Positions 8,832-17,707 of a DNA stretch of 64,000 bases are shown in pieces. The position numbers and the translations under genes were made by a program. Source of the DNA: Caproicibacter sp. (GTDB lineage Bacteria; Bacillota; Clostridia; Oscillospirales; Acutalibacteraceae); assembly GCA_036844765.1 (NCBI GenBank), contig DAIUFE010000001.1, positions 45,921 through 109,920 on the forward strand, in the 5' to 3' direction. How positions within the stretch are numbered: the first letter of the stretch is position 1; each line of letters opens with the position of its first letter. Below the pieces are notes generated by a model. That model worked only from the letters and a program-made list of their open reading frames with translations, was not told the origin of the DNA and ran no database searches.

Positions 8832-10502
8832 ATGATGAAAAGATTCAAAAAAGCGGCCGCGTGGGCTCTCTGCGCGGTTCTGCTCGCCGGCATGTTCGCC
8901 GGATGTTCCAACAGCAACGGCGCGTCTCCGTCGTCGGGCGGCGGAACGGCTTCCACAGGGAGCGCGGAGCCCGGTTCCGGCGTGCCCGATTCCATGAATC
9001 CCGTGGGGCAGTTCCCGATCACGAAGGAAAAGATCACGGTGAAGGCCATGGCCGCCGTCAACAGCGAGATGGCGAAGGACTGGAACTCGCTCGAGGTGTT
9101 CCAGAAGCTCGAAAAGCTCACGAATATCCACTGGGACTTCGACTACGTCGATGCCAAGACATTCCTGGATCAGCTCAGCATCCGCATGGCGGGCGATGAT
9201 TTCCCCGAGGTGTTCCTGATGGGCGGCATGACGAGCGACACGGAAGAGGCCTACGGTCCCTCCGGCAAGCTGCTGGACCTGACCGACCTGATCGCGAAAT
9301 ACGCGCCTCATCTGGCGAAGATCCGCGAGGAGAATCCGACCATCAAGCTGGGCACCACGGCTCTGGACGGGAAGATCTACGGCCTGCCGTACTTCGCGGA
9401 ATCCTCCGGCAACGTGCCCGTGCTGTCTTTCTTCGATGAGCAGTATATGAAGAACGTGGGGGTCGAAAAGGTCCCGGAGACGACCGACGGGCTTTACGCC
9501 CTGCTGGAGGCCTTCCGCGACAAGGACCCCAACAAGAACGGCAAGAAGGACGACATTCCGTTCTCCTGCCAGGGCGTCGGCTATCTGCGGACCATCCTGC
9601 AGCCCGCGTTCCAGGGCTACACGGGCGGCAGCGCCGCCGGCGAATGGGATGTAGACGACAGCGGAAAGGTGATCTATCTGCCCGAGGAGAAGGGCTACAA
9701 GGAATACCTCGAATACTGCCACAAGATGTTCACCGACAAGCTGCTCGATTCCGAATTCCTGACCCAGACGGCGGACCAGGCGAAGGCGAAGGTTCAGTCC
9801 GGCATCGTCGGCTTCTACAATCAGACGCCGACCATCCTCGCGGGCACGGCCCTTGAGAAAGATAAGCAGATCTGCCTGCCGCCGCTGACCTCCCAGACGA
9901 ACGACAAGAAAGTCGCTCAGGCCCCGAAATACCTCTCCACCACGAACGGCCTCATCACAAAGAACTGCAAGAACCCGGAGGCGGTCGTGAGCTGGTTCGA
10001 CCTGTTCTACCGCAAGGAAGGCGAAGAGGTGGAGGGCTTCTGCGGCAAGACCTCCCTGCTCGGCTACGAAGGGGAGCAGTGGAAATACACGGATTCCTCC
10101 AAGACCAAGTATCAGTTCATCGACCCCGTCAAGAGCTACATCCAGCTCAACCAGACCGTCATGATCACGTTCGGCCTGCCGGCTTACATCAGCAACAAGG
10201 CCGTCCAGGTCGGCAACAAGCTGATGGAAGACAAACTGGAGGGCGGCGCGAAGAACCAGGCCCCGTATTATAAGGAAGCCTATCCGCTTTTCGTCCGCTA
10301 CACGAAGGACGAATCCACGGAGGCGGCGCTGATCACAACCGACCTCGACAACTACCAGCTCATGATGGAGGGCAAATTCATCAACGGGCAGGAGAGCCTC
10401 GACAACTTCGACGCTTTCCTTCAGAATCTGAAGAAATACCGCGTGGACGATCTGAAAAAGATCAAGCAGGCCGCCTACGACCGGTATATCAAGAACAAGT
10501 AA
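8832..10502 (+). CDS. extracellular solute-binding lipoprotein of the ABC sugar importer (LplA-like, large family-1 SBP)
   Basis: 556-aa ORF with AAAGGAGGA upstream and a signal peptide with lipobox (MFAGC SNSNG). Its size and position after two permeases fit an SBP. Confidence 0.85.
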   Translation: MMKRFKKAAAWALCAVLLAGMFAGCSNSNGASPSSGGGTASTGSAEPGSGVPDSMNPVGQFPITKEKITVKAMAAVNSEMAKDWNSLEVFQKLEKLTNIHWDFDYVDAKTFLDQLSIRMAGDDFPEVFLMGGMTSDTEEAYGPSGKLLDLTDLIAKYAPHLAKIREENPTIKLGTTALDGKIYGLPYFAESSGNVPVLSFFDEQYMKNVGVEKVPETTDGLYALLEAFRDKDPNKNGKKDDIPFSCQGVGYLRTILQPAFQGYTGGSAAGEWDVDDSGKVIYLPEEKGYKEYLEYCHKMFTDKLLDSEFLTQTADQAKAKVQSGIVGFYNQTPTILAGTALEKDKQICLPPLTSQTNDKKVAQAPKYLSTTNGLITKNCKNPEAVVSWFDLFYRKEGEEVEGFCGKTSLLGYEGEQWKYTDSSKTKYQFIDPVKSYIQLNQTVMITFGLPAYISNKAVQVGNKLMEDKLEGGAKNQAPYYKEAYPLFVRYTKDESTEAALITTDLDNYQLMMEGKFINGQESLDNFDAFLQNLKKYRVDDLKKIKQAAYDRYIKNK

Positions 10503-10526
10503 TCTTTCCGGGAGCCAATGCAGGCG

Positions 10527-10572
10527 AAGCCCCCTGCCGCGCTGAGATCCATCCGCGGCAGGGGGCTTTTCG
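10527..10572. terminator. bidirectional terminator between the convergent SBP and flippase genes
   Basis: Perfect 15-bp stem AAGCCCCCTGCCGCG / CGCGGCAGGGGGCTT, followed by TTTT. Confidence 0.75.
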
Positions 10573-10580
10573 TGCCCGCC

Positions 10581-12020
10581 TCAGTTTTCCGGCTCGTTCA
10601 GGATCCTCCACTGCTTCCCGATCGGGCGGAAGGCCAGCAGCCCGTAAACGGCGGCCCAAAGAGCGGCGAGAAGAGGGGCGCCGGCCGCGTGTATTCGCTG
10701 CAGGAACGAGACGGCCGCGGCGAGAGCCACGTTGAGAAGGGTGATCCGCAGCAGGGACCGCCACGGGAAAATCCGCCGGAACGGGATCGAGATGCATTTG
10801 CAGGTGAAGACGAGCTGGATGAGATTGATCACGACGATGCAGATCAAAGTCGCCACGGCCGGCCCGACGAAGCCCCACAGGCGATAACAGAGGAAGCTGA
10901 GCCCGACGTTCAGGGCCAGGGACGCGACCGAACTGTAAAAGATGAAGCGGGTCCTGCCGATGCAGTTCAGGATCATGCCGAAATAGGTGGTGCGCAGAAG
11001 CGAAACCAGGCAGTAGACGCGGAACACCGCCGTACCGCCCGCGTATTTTTCGGAATACAGCAACACAATGATCTGCGGGGCGAACACAAAGAATAACGAA
11101 ACGAAAAAACAGAATAGCAGATAGACCAGCCGGATCGTATGCCCCCAGAGCCGGACGGCGTCCCCGTAACGCCGCCGGTCGAGCAGCCGGACGATCCGCG
11201 GCATCAGCACCGCCGTCATTGCGGCGGAAATGATGGTGATCGGCATCTCCTGCGCGGCGTTCGTGAACACCGCGAGCTGCTCCGTGCTGAAATAGTTGGA
11301 GATGATCAGCTTGTCGAGCTGGATGCTGACGGTGCCCACGATGCCGGCCAGCCCGAGCGGAACGGAGAACCGGACGATGCTCCCGATCAGGGATCTGTCG
11401 ATCCGGATCTGCAGCCCGCCGGAAAGCCGGCGGACGATCGCGTAGACCGCCAGCGCGCAGAGGGAATCGGCGGCGACGAAAAGCGCCATGTACTGGTGAA
11501 AGCTTAGATGAAACAGCCAGGCGGCCAGAATCACGGCCAGCAGAAGGACGCTGCTCGAGATGCGGAAAACCATCAGCCTGGAGGTCTTGTGATAAACTAC
11601 GAGGATGTTGTCGACGGAGTTGATGATGATGTTCATCCACGGGAAAGCCGCGAGCACATAGGCGAGACCGGTGACGGCAGGGTTCCGGAAATAATCCGCG
11701 ATCGCCGGGGCGAGGGCCGCGGCGGCCGCGCCGGCCAGAAGGCCCAGAAAGGTGTTCAGGGTATAGTAGGTGGAAAGAAAGCGGAGCCGGTACCCCGGGT
11801 CGGTGTCGCGGGAAAGGAAAAAGCTGCTGCATTCCGGCATTCCCATGCTGAACACGGTGAGGAACAGCGTGCCCGTCACCTGAATCTGGGAGTAGGTGCC
11901 GTATTCCGCAAGCGAAAGGATGCGGGAAAGGATCATCGACGTGATCAGCGTGATCCCATAGGTGATGCTTTTGGACAGCGTCAGCTTGGAGACGTCGGCG
12001 GCGATGGAAGTTTTGGCCAT
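10581..12020 (-). CDS. MOP-superfamily oligosaccharide/polysaccharide flippase (Wzx/MurJ/SpoVB-like)
   Basis: From ORF 10581..12188, with the start moved to ATG 12020 (MAKTSIAAD; GGAGGAAG upstream). About 14 predicted TM stretches. The N-terminal pattern LSKSITYGITLITSMILSRILSLAEYGTYS is typical of polysaccharide-biosynthesis flippases. Confidence 0.75.
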   Translation of the reverse strand: MAKTSIAADVSKLTLSKSITYGITLITSMILSRILSLAEYGTYSQIQVTGTLFLTVFSMGMPECSSFFLSRDTDPGYRLRFLSTYYTLNTFLGLLAGAAAAALAPAIADYFRNPAVTGLAYVLAAFPWMNIIINSVDNILVVYHKTSRLMVFRISSSVLLLAVILAAWLFHLSFHQYMALFVAADSLCALAVYAIVRRLSGGLQIRIDRSLIGSIVRFSVPLGLAGIVGTVSIQLDKLIISNYFSTEQLAVFTNAAQEMPITIISAAMTAVLMPRIVRLLDRRRYGDAVRLWGHTIRLVYLLFCFFVSLFFVFAPQIIVLLYSEKYAGGTAVFRVYCLVSLLRTTYFGMILNCIGRTRFIFYSSVASLALNVGLSFLCYRLWGFVGPAVATLICIVVINLIQLVFTCKCISIPFRRIFPWRSLLRITLLNVALAAAVSFLQRIHAAGAPLLAALWAAVYGLLAFRPIGKQWRILNEPEN

Positions 12021-12303
12021 GCGGTCTTCCTCCATATGGATTCCAAAATCTTTCGGCGGATTCCGTGTTCCGCGCGGAACCGAGCCTTCGTCCAGTATAG
12101 CCGTCCGCGGGCGGGAAGTCTCCGCGTATTCTTCGCTCATTCCATGCGTTTTCTGCAATCCTTGCCAGCAGAACGGCGGGAATTCCATAGCCGGCCGTAG
12201 ACCCGTTTCAGTCTAACAGAAGTAGACTCCATTGTCAGCATGCATCTTTCGAGCGGCCGCATTTATTCATCAAAAAACGTGAAAAATCTATTGACATTAT
12301 TAC

Positions 12304-12322
12304 TAATAATATAATATTATTA
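12304..12322. repeat. perfect 19-bp palindrome (9-1-9) inside an almost pure-AT island
   Basis: TAATAATAT-A-ATATTATTA, read directly. It lies just downstream of TTGACA (12291-12296) in the divergent flippase / erythrin-VIT1 intergenic region. Confidence 0.9.
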
Positions 12323-12434
12323 AATTTATTTTTATAAAATAAATAAAATTTAATTATTTTTGCCCTGCGGAGGGAAAGTTTGAACCGCGGGAGGGGGTAG
12401 AGTGAAGGAATGTTTCCCTCCGACCGTAAAGTCG

Positions 12435-12443
12435 TGGTATAAT
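12435..12443 (+). promoter_or_regulatory. extended -10 element (TGgTATAAT) proximal to the erythrin-VIT1 gene
   Basis: TGGTATAAT ends 21 nt before ATG 12465. There is no good -35. An alternative distal promoter has its TTGACA at 12291-12296. Confidence 0.35.
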
Positions 12444-12464
12444 GATGAAACGAAGGTGATTTTT

Positions 12465-13358
12465 ATGGAACAGGAGAAACAGGGGTCGGTTTCGGAAGAA
12501 GACCTGCGCATGATGCGCGAGATGCAGCAGAACGAAGCGGACGAGTCGGAAATCTACCGCCGGATCGCGGCGCGCGCGAAAGACCAGAAGAACCGGGAGG
12601 TGCTCCTGCGCCTTTCGAGGGAAGAGAACACCCACGCCGCCGCGTGGCAGGCCCATACGGGGCTGCAGCTGCGGCCCCGCGCCGGGCGCGTCTTTTTCCG
12701 GATGCTGGTCGTAAGGCTGTTCGGCTTTACATTCGCGATCAAGCAGATGGAGAACGGCGAAGGGACCGCGCAGGAAAAATACGAGCGGCTCGCGCGGGAC
12801 GTGCCGGAGGCGAAGCAGATCCAGCAGCAGGAAAAAGAGCACGAAAACGCGCTGATCGGCCTGCTGGACGAAGAGCGGCTGAGGTACGTCGGCTCCATGG
12901 TGCTGGGGCTCAACGACGCGCTGGTGGAAATGACCGGCACGCTGGCCGGCCTGACGCTCGCGATGCAGAACACGCGCCTGATCGCGCTTTCCGGCCTGAT
13001 CACCGGCATCTCCGCCACGCTTTCTATGGCGGCCTCGGAGTTTCTCTCCGCCAAAAGCGAGGGCCGCGCGGATGCGGCGAAATCGAGCGTCTATACCGGC
13101 GTCACCTATCTCGTCGCGGTTGCGCTGCTGATCCTGCCGTACCTGCTGTTCGCCCCGCGGTACTACCTGCCCGCGCTGGGCGTGATGCTGGGCATCGTGA
13201 TCCTGATCCTGGTGGTGTTCAACTATTACATCGCGGTGGCGAAGGACATGTCCTTCGGAAAACGGTTCGGGCAGATGGCCTGCATCAGCCTCGGCGTCGC
13301 CGCGCTCTCGTTCCTGGCCGGCCTGTTCATGAAGAACGTGATGAACGTGAATCTGTGA
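12465..13358 (+). CDS. erythrin (ferritin-like)-VIT1/CCC1 fusion, MbfA-like iron/manganese exporter
   Basis: From ORF 12402..13358, with the start moved to ATG 12465 (AAGGTGA RBS). The N-terminal di-iron ExxH motifs (ADESEIYRRIA, SREENTHAAAW) are followed by a 5-TM VIT1 domain (MVLGLNDALVEMTGTLAG). Confidence 0.8.
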   Translation: MEQEKQGSVSEEDLRMMREMQQNEADESEIYRRIAARAKDQKNREVLLRLSREENTHAAAWQAHTGLQLRPRAGRVFFRMLVVRLFGFTFAIKQMENGEGTAQEKYERLARDVPEAKQIQQQEKEHENALIGLLDEERLRYVGSMVLGLNDALVEMTGTLAGLTLAMQNTRLIALSGLITGISATLSMAASEFLSAKSEGRADAAKSSVYTGVTYLVAVALLILPYLLFAPRYYLPALGVMLGIVILILVVFNYYIAVAKDMSFGKRFGQMACISLGVAALSFLAGLFMKNVMNVNL

Positions 13359-13590
13359 GCGCGCTCCGAATCTTCACGGCGGACGTTCCTTTTTCTCTCT
13401 TATGAAGAAAGCCTCTGTGCGTCCTTCCGCCCGGCGTTGCCCAAACTGTTCAAAAAAAAGAGGGCTTCGGGCGGGAAATCATCCATGATGGACCTATAAT
13501 TCCGATCCGAAACATGGTATTATTTAACATGTTTTATGGGAAGCGAAGCGGAAGAACGGTTGAGGCGGACCTTGCGCGCAGGAGGGGAAC

Positions 13591-14403
13591 ATGAGATATA
13601 AGTTTGTTTCGGACAGCCACGTCCATACGGATTGCTCGCGGGACGGAACGGATCCGGCGATGATGATCGGCGAGAGCGCCGTGCGGCTCGGCCTGTATTC
13701 GCTGACCATCACCGACCACTGCGAATGCAACCGCTACGAAGCGGACGGGTACGACAAATCCATCCGGCAGTCCTGCTTCGAGACCCGTAAGGCCGCGGCC
13801 GCTTTCCTCGGCCGCCTGCACCTGTACTGCGGCATGGAGCTGGGGCAGCCGACGCAGGACGAGGCCGCGGCCGGCGACGCTCTCGGCGCGTGCGGCTTCG
13901 ATTTCGTGCTGGCCTCCGTGCATAACGTGAAGGGAAAAAAAGATTTCTATTCCCTGGATTATGCCCGGGAAAGCGTCGACGACCTGCTGAACCGGTATTT
14001 CGACGAGCTGCTCGAGACCATCGAATGGGGCCGCTTCGATTCTCTGGCCCATCTTACTTATCCGTGGCGGTACATCGCCGGCGAGCACGGCATCCGGATC
14101 GATCCGGAACGCTGGGCAGGCAGGATCGACGAAGTCCTGAAGCTTCTCATCCGGAAGCGGAAGGCGCTGGAACTGAACACCTCCGGTTACCGCCGGAAGC
14201 TCGGCGTCCCGCTGCCGGGCTTTTCCGTCCTGCGCCGCTACCGGGAACTGGGCGGCAGGCTCGTGACCCTCGGCTCCGACGCCCACCGCTGGGCGGACGT
14301 GGGCGCCGGCATCGAGCAGGGCCTCGCGCTCCTGCAGAAGGCCGGGTTCGATCATTTTACGGTGTATGTGTCCCATCAGCCGAGGGCGCTGCCCATCTGC
14401 TGA
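13591..14403 (+). CDS. PHP-domain phosphoesterase, HisJ (histidinol-phosphatase) family
   Basis: 270-aa ORF with the N-terminal DSHVHTDCSRDG motif and a later SVHNV, typical of the PHP/HisJ family. Confidence 0.75.
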   Translation: MRYKFVSDSHVHTDCSRDGTDPAMMIGESAVRLGLYSLTITDHCECNRYEADGYDKSIRQSCFETRKAAAAFLGRLHLYCGMELGQPTQDEAAAGDALGACGFDFVLASVHNVKGKKDFYSLDYARESVDDLLNRYFDELLETIEWGRFDSLAHLTYPWRYIAGEHGIRIDPERWAGRIDEVLKLLIRKRKALELNTSGYRRKLGVPLPGFSVLRRYRELGGRLVTLGSDAHRWADVGAGIEQGLALLQKAGFDHFTVYVSHQPRALPIC

Positions 14404-14427
14404 AAATCAAAAGGGAGGTCGCTGAAA

Positions 14428-14913
14428 TTGGATCAGCTTTTAAGCTTGCTGAGCGAGAACGCGCGGCTGTCGAACGCGCAGCTCGCGGCCATGCTGAACG
14501 TTACGGAGGCAGAGGTCGCGGACCGGATCGCCCGATATGAAAAAAACGGCGTGATCCGCGGGTACAAGGCCCTGGTGAACTGGGAAAAGGTCGATAAGAA
14601 CAAGGCGAGCGCGCTGATCGAGCTGCGCGTCACGCCCAAGCGCGACCGCGGCTTCGACGAGATTGCGGGCCGCGTCATGCAGTTCGAGGAGGTGGAAAGC
14701 GTCTACCTGATGTCCGGCGGATACGACCTTGCGGTGATGGTGCACGGCAAAAGCATGCAGGAGATCGCGATGTTCGTGATGCGCCGGCTTTCCACGCTGG
14801 ATTCCGTCCTCTCGACGGCCACCCATTTCATCCTGACGCGCTATAAGGACGGGGGCGTCGTCCTGAACTCCTCCGAAGTGCAGGACGAGCGGGGGAGTGT
14901 CTTCAGTGACTGA
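14428..14913 (+). CDS. Lrp/AsnC-family transcriptional regulator
   Basis: 161-aa ORF with a TTG start. It has an N-terminal HTH (LLSENARLSNAQLAAMLNVTEAEV) and a C-terminal RAM/AsnC domain. Pairing with a downstream aminotransferase resembles B. subtilis alaR-alaT. Confidence 0.85.
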   Translation: MDQLLSLLSENARLSNAQLAAMLNVTEAEVADRIARYEKNGVIRGYKALVNWEKVDKNKASALIELRVTPKRDRGFDEIAGRVMQFEEVESVYLMSGGYDLAVMVHGKSMQEIAMFVMRRLSTLDSVLSTATHFILTRYKDGGVVLNSSEVQDERGSVFSD

Positions 14914-16075
14914 TGATTCGCGCGTTCTGAACCGGGAGGTGCGGAACCTGAAGCCCTCGGGCATCCGCCGCTTCTTCGACATCGCCAACGAGATGGACGA
15001 CGTGCTCTCCCTTTCGATCGGGGAGCCGGATTTCCTCACGCCCTGGCACATCCGGCAGGCGGGCATCCGGTCGCTGGAGGACGGCAAAACATGGTACACG
15101 CCCAACCGCGGCTTCCTCCGCCTGCGGGAGGAGATCTGCCGCTTTCTGAAGATGCACTACCAGCTCGAGTACGACCCCAAAACGCAGGTGGTCGTCACCG
15201 TGGGCGGCAGCGAGGCGATCGACCTCGCGCTGCGCAGCCTGGTCAACACCGGCGACGAGGTCCTGATCCCGGAGCCGTGCTTCGTCTGCTACCGGCCGCT
15301 GACCGAGATGGCGCGCGGGGTGCCCGTGGCCGTGGAGACCCGGCAGGAAAACGGCTTCCGCCTCACGCCGCAGGCCCTGCGGGAGAAGATCACGCCCAGA
15401 ACGCGCGTGCTGATCCTGCCGTACCCCAATAACCCGACCGGGGCGGTGCTGCACCGCGCGGACCTCGAGGCGATCGCGGAGGTTGTAAAGCGGAACGACC
15501 TTACGGTGATCTCGGACGAAATCTACAGCGAGCTGACTTACGGCGACACGCGGCACGTCTCTGTCGCCGCGGTGGACGGGATGAAGGAGCGCACCGTGGT
15601 GATCAACGGCTTTTCCAAGACCTTCGCCATGACGGGGTGGCGCCTCGGCTACGCCGCGGGTCCGGAGCCGATCATTTCCCAGATGACCAAGCTGCATCAG
15701 TACGGCATCATGAGCGCGCCGACCACGGCGCAGTACGCGGCCATCGAGGCGATGAAAAACGGCGAGGCGGACATCGCCGGCATGCGGAGCCAGTACGACA
15801 TGCGCCGCCGCCTGATCGTGACCGAGCTGAACCGGATTGGGCTGAAATGCTTCGAGCCGGAGGGCGCTTTCTACGCGTTCCCCTCCATCCGGAGCACGGG
15901 GCTTTCCTCGGAGGAGTTCTGCGAAAAGCTGCTGTACGCCGAGCGCGTCGCCGTGATCCCGGGGAACGCGTTCGGCGCCTGCGGAGAGGGATATGTGCGC
16001 ATCTCGTACTCCTATTCCATCGCCCATATCGCGGAGGCCCTTTCCCGCATCGCGCATTTCATCCAAACGCTGTGA
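14906..16075 (+). CDS. class I/II pyridoxal-phosphate aminotransferase (AlaT/AspC-like)
   Basis: From ORF 14897..16075. GTG 14906 is preferred for RBS spacing (GGGGGAG at 14891-14897). Blocks LKPSGIRRFFD, YPNNPTG and NGFSKTFAMTGWRLGY (PLP lysine) support the call. Confidence 0.88.
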   Translation: MTDDSRVLNREVRNLKPSGIRRFFDIANEMDDVLSLSIGEPDFLTPWHIRQAGIRSLEDGKTWYTPNRGFLRLREEICRFLKMHYQLEYDPKTQVVVTVGGSEAIDLALRSLVNTGDEVLIPEPCFVCYRPLTEMARGVPVAVETRQENGFRLTPQALREKITPRTRVLILPYPNNPTGAVLHRADLEAIAEVVKRNDLTVISDEIYSELTYGDTRHVSVAAVDGMKERTVVINGFSKTFAMTGWRLGYAAGPEPIISQMTKLHQYGIMSAPTTAQYAAIEAMKNGEADIAGMRSQYDMRRRLIVTELNRIGLKCFEPEGAFYAFPSIRSTGLSSEEFCEKLLYAERVAVIPGNAFGACGEGYVRISYSYSIAHIAEALSRIAHFIQTL

Positions 16076-16938
16076 CGGAGGAATGGACGCAGGCCGCAGC
16101 CTGCGCGAAGATCAACCTGGCCCTCGACATTACCGGCCGCAGGGAGGACGGCTACCATCTGCTGCGCACGGTGATGCAGAGCGTTTCGCTGTGCGACCGG
16201 GTGGCGCTGGCCGCCGCGGAGCGCGGAAAAATCGAAGTGAAATGCGACGGCCCGGACGTCCCCGGCGGCCCGGACAACACGGTGTTCCGCGCCGCCGAGG
16301 CGTTTTTTCAGAGAACCGGGATCGGGGGCGGGGCGCGTTTCCAGATTCGGAAGCAAATTCCCCGGCAGGCGGGGCTGGGCGGCGGGAGCGCGGACGCCGC
16401 GGCGGCCCTCCGCCTGCTGGACCGGCGCTTCGGCGCCGGCCTTTCCGCGCGGGAGCTGCGGGAGATCGGCCTGAAGGTCGGCGCCGACGTGCCGTTCTGC
16501 GTGGAGGGGGGGACGGCCCTCGCCGGGGGAATCGGGGAAGAGCTGGAGCCGCTGCCCGCGCTTCCGCCGTGCGCGATCGTCATCTGCAAGCCGGGGCGCG
16601 GCGTCTCCACGCGGGAGGCCTACGAGGCGTTCGATCGCTCCGGGCAGTCCGGGAGCTTTTTTGCCGACTCCGCGGCGGAAGCTTTGCGCTCCGGGAGCCT
16701 TTCGGCCGTTGCCGGGTCTCTCGGCAACGCGTTCGAGGCCGCCTGCCCGGTCCCAGAGGTGCGCAGGATCGAGGAAGCGATGCTTTCCCGCGGCGCGCTG
16801 GGCGCCTGCATGACCGGCAGCGGCTCCGCCGTTTTCGGGCTGTTCGCTTCGGAGAACTCCGCGGTGCGCTGCGGGGACGCCCTGCGGGAGGAATTTCCGG
16901 AATGCTTCCTGTGCCGGCCCGTTTCCCGGATTTTCTGA
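16072..16938 (+). CDS. ispE: 4-(cytidine 5'-diphospho)-2-C-methyl-D-erythritol kinase
   Basis: In-frame tail of ORF 15637..16938. GTG 16072 overlaps the aminotransferase stop (GTGA). Blocks AKINLALDITGRREDGYH and PRQAGLGGGSADAAA are GHMP kinase motifs. Confidence 0.88.
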   Translation: MTEEWTQAAACAKINLALDITGRREDGYHLLRTVMQSVSLCDRVALAAAERGKIEVKCDGPDVPGGPDNTVFRAAEAFFQRTGIGGGARFQIRKQIPRQAGLGGGSADAAAALRLLDRRFGAGLSARELREIGLKVGADVPFCVEGGTALAGGIGEELEPLPALPPCAIVICKPGRGVSTREAYEAFDRSGQSGSFFADSAAEALRSGSLSAVAGSLGNAFEAACPVPEVRRIEEAMLSRGALGACMTGSGSAVFGLFASENSAVRCGDALREEFPECFLCRPVSRIF

Positions 16939-16990
16939 ACCGGGCCGCCGTGCAAAAATTTCTACTCAGGACGAAAGGGGAGAGCTCAAG

Positions 16991-17635
16991 ATGCAAACCG
17001 TCGAACAAAAGATCGCGGAGCTGAAAATTCTGCCCGTGGTCCGGCTGGAGCGCGCGGAGGATGCGCTTCCGCTGGTCAGGGCTCTGGCCGGGGGAGGGAT
17101 CCCGGCGGCGGAGATCACCTTCCGCACGGCCTGCGCGTGCGACGCGATCCGCGCGGTCGCAGCGGGGGAGCCGTCCGTGCTGGTCGGCGCGGGCACCGTG
17201 CTCAATGCGCGTCAGGCCGGGGACGCCGTCGCGGCCGGGGCGAAATTCATCGTGAGCCCCGGGCTGGACGAGGAACTGGTCCGGTTCTGCCGAAAAAAGG
17301 GCGTCCCCGTTTTCCCGGGGTGCGTCACGGCCACCGAGGTGCAGCGGGCCGTCAACCTGGGGCTGACCACCCTGAAGTTTTTCCCGGCGGAGCAGGCGGG
17401 CGGCCTGAAAACGATCCGGGCGCTTTCGGCCCCTTTCGGGCAGGTCCGCTGGATGCCGACCGGCGGCGTGAATCCGCGGAACCTGAAGGAGTATCTGTCG
17501 TTTGAAAAAGTGATCGCCTGCGGCGGGAGCTTCCTCACGAAGCCGCGGGACATCGCGGCCGGCAACTGGGAAGAGATCGCCTCCCTCTGCCGCGAGACCG
17601 TGCGGCTGATCCAAAGCGTTTCCGCCGCAGGGTAG
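16991..17635 (+). CDS. eda: 2-dehydro-3-deoxyphosphogluconate / 4-hydroxy-2-oxoglutarate aldolase
   Basis: 214-aa ORF with GGIPAAEITFRT, GAGTVL, FIVSPG, LKFFPA and MPTGGV blocks of KDPG aldolase. Confidence 0.88.
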   Translation: MQTVEQKIAELKILPVVRLERAEDALPLVRALAGGGIPAAEITFRTACACDAIRAVAAGEPSVLVGAGTVLNARQAGDAVAAGAKFIVSPGLDEELVRFCRKKGVPVFPGCVTATEVQRAVNLGLTTLKFFPAEQAGGLKTIRALSAPFGQVRWMPTGGVNPRNLKEYLSFEKVIACGGSFLTKPRDIAAGNWEEIASLCRETVRLIQSVSAAG

Positions 17636-17656
17636 CGGAACAAAGGGGAAAACGAA

Positions 17657-17684
17657 GCGCCGGCTGCCGAAAAGCAGCCGGCGC
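17657..17684. terminator. hairpin between convergent eda and upp
   Basis: Perfect 11-bp stem GCGCCGGCTGC / GCAGCCGGCGC with loop CGAAAA. The U-tracts are weak. Confidence 0.55.
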
Positions 17685-17707
17685 AATCCGACGAGAAAAA
17701 ATCCGGT

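Noticed and set aside
12361-12464. Possible yybP-ykoY (manganese) riboswitch upstream of the VIT1-family transporter gene.
   Set aside because: The region has a G-rich segment (GGGAGGGGGTAGAG) but lacks the paired conserved L1/L3 motifs and the four-helix arrangement I would expect. A cmscan is needed to be certain.
12402-12464. Longer version of the erythrin-VIT1 gene starting at GTG 12402.
   Set aside because: There is no RBS before 12402, and the extension overlaps the TGgTATAAT element and the stem structure. ATG 12465 has an AAGGTGA RBS, and the ferritin-like domain begins right after it.
15637-16938. ORF-track entries that look like large fusion proteins or long N-terminal extensions: 15637..16938, 18821..19975, 40339..42174, 54661..56340, 58855..60234, 62353..63384.
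   Set aside because: Only the C-terminal part of each carries a recognisable family signature (ispE, tsaB, radA, dapA, ABC-2 permease, GntR). An internal start with an RBS or a start/stop overlap with the upstream gene exists in each case. The N-terminal extensions overlap neighbouring real genes in another frame.
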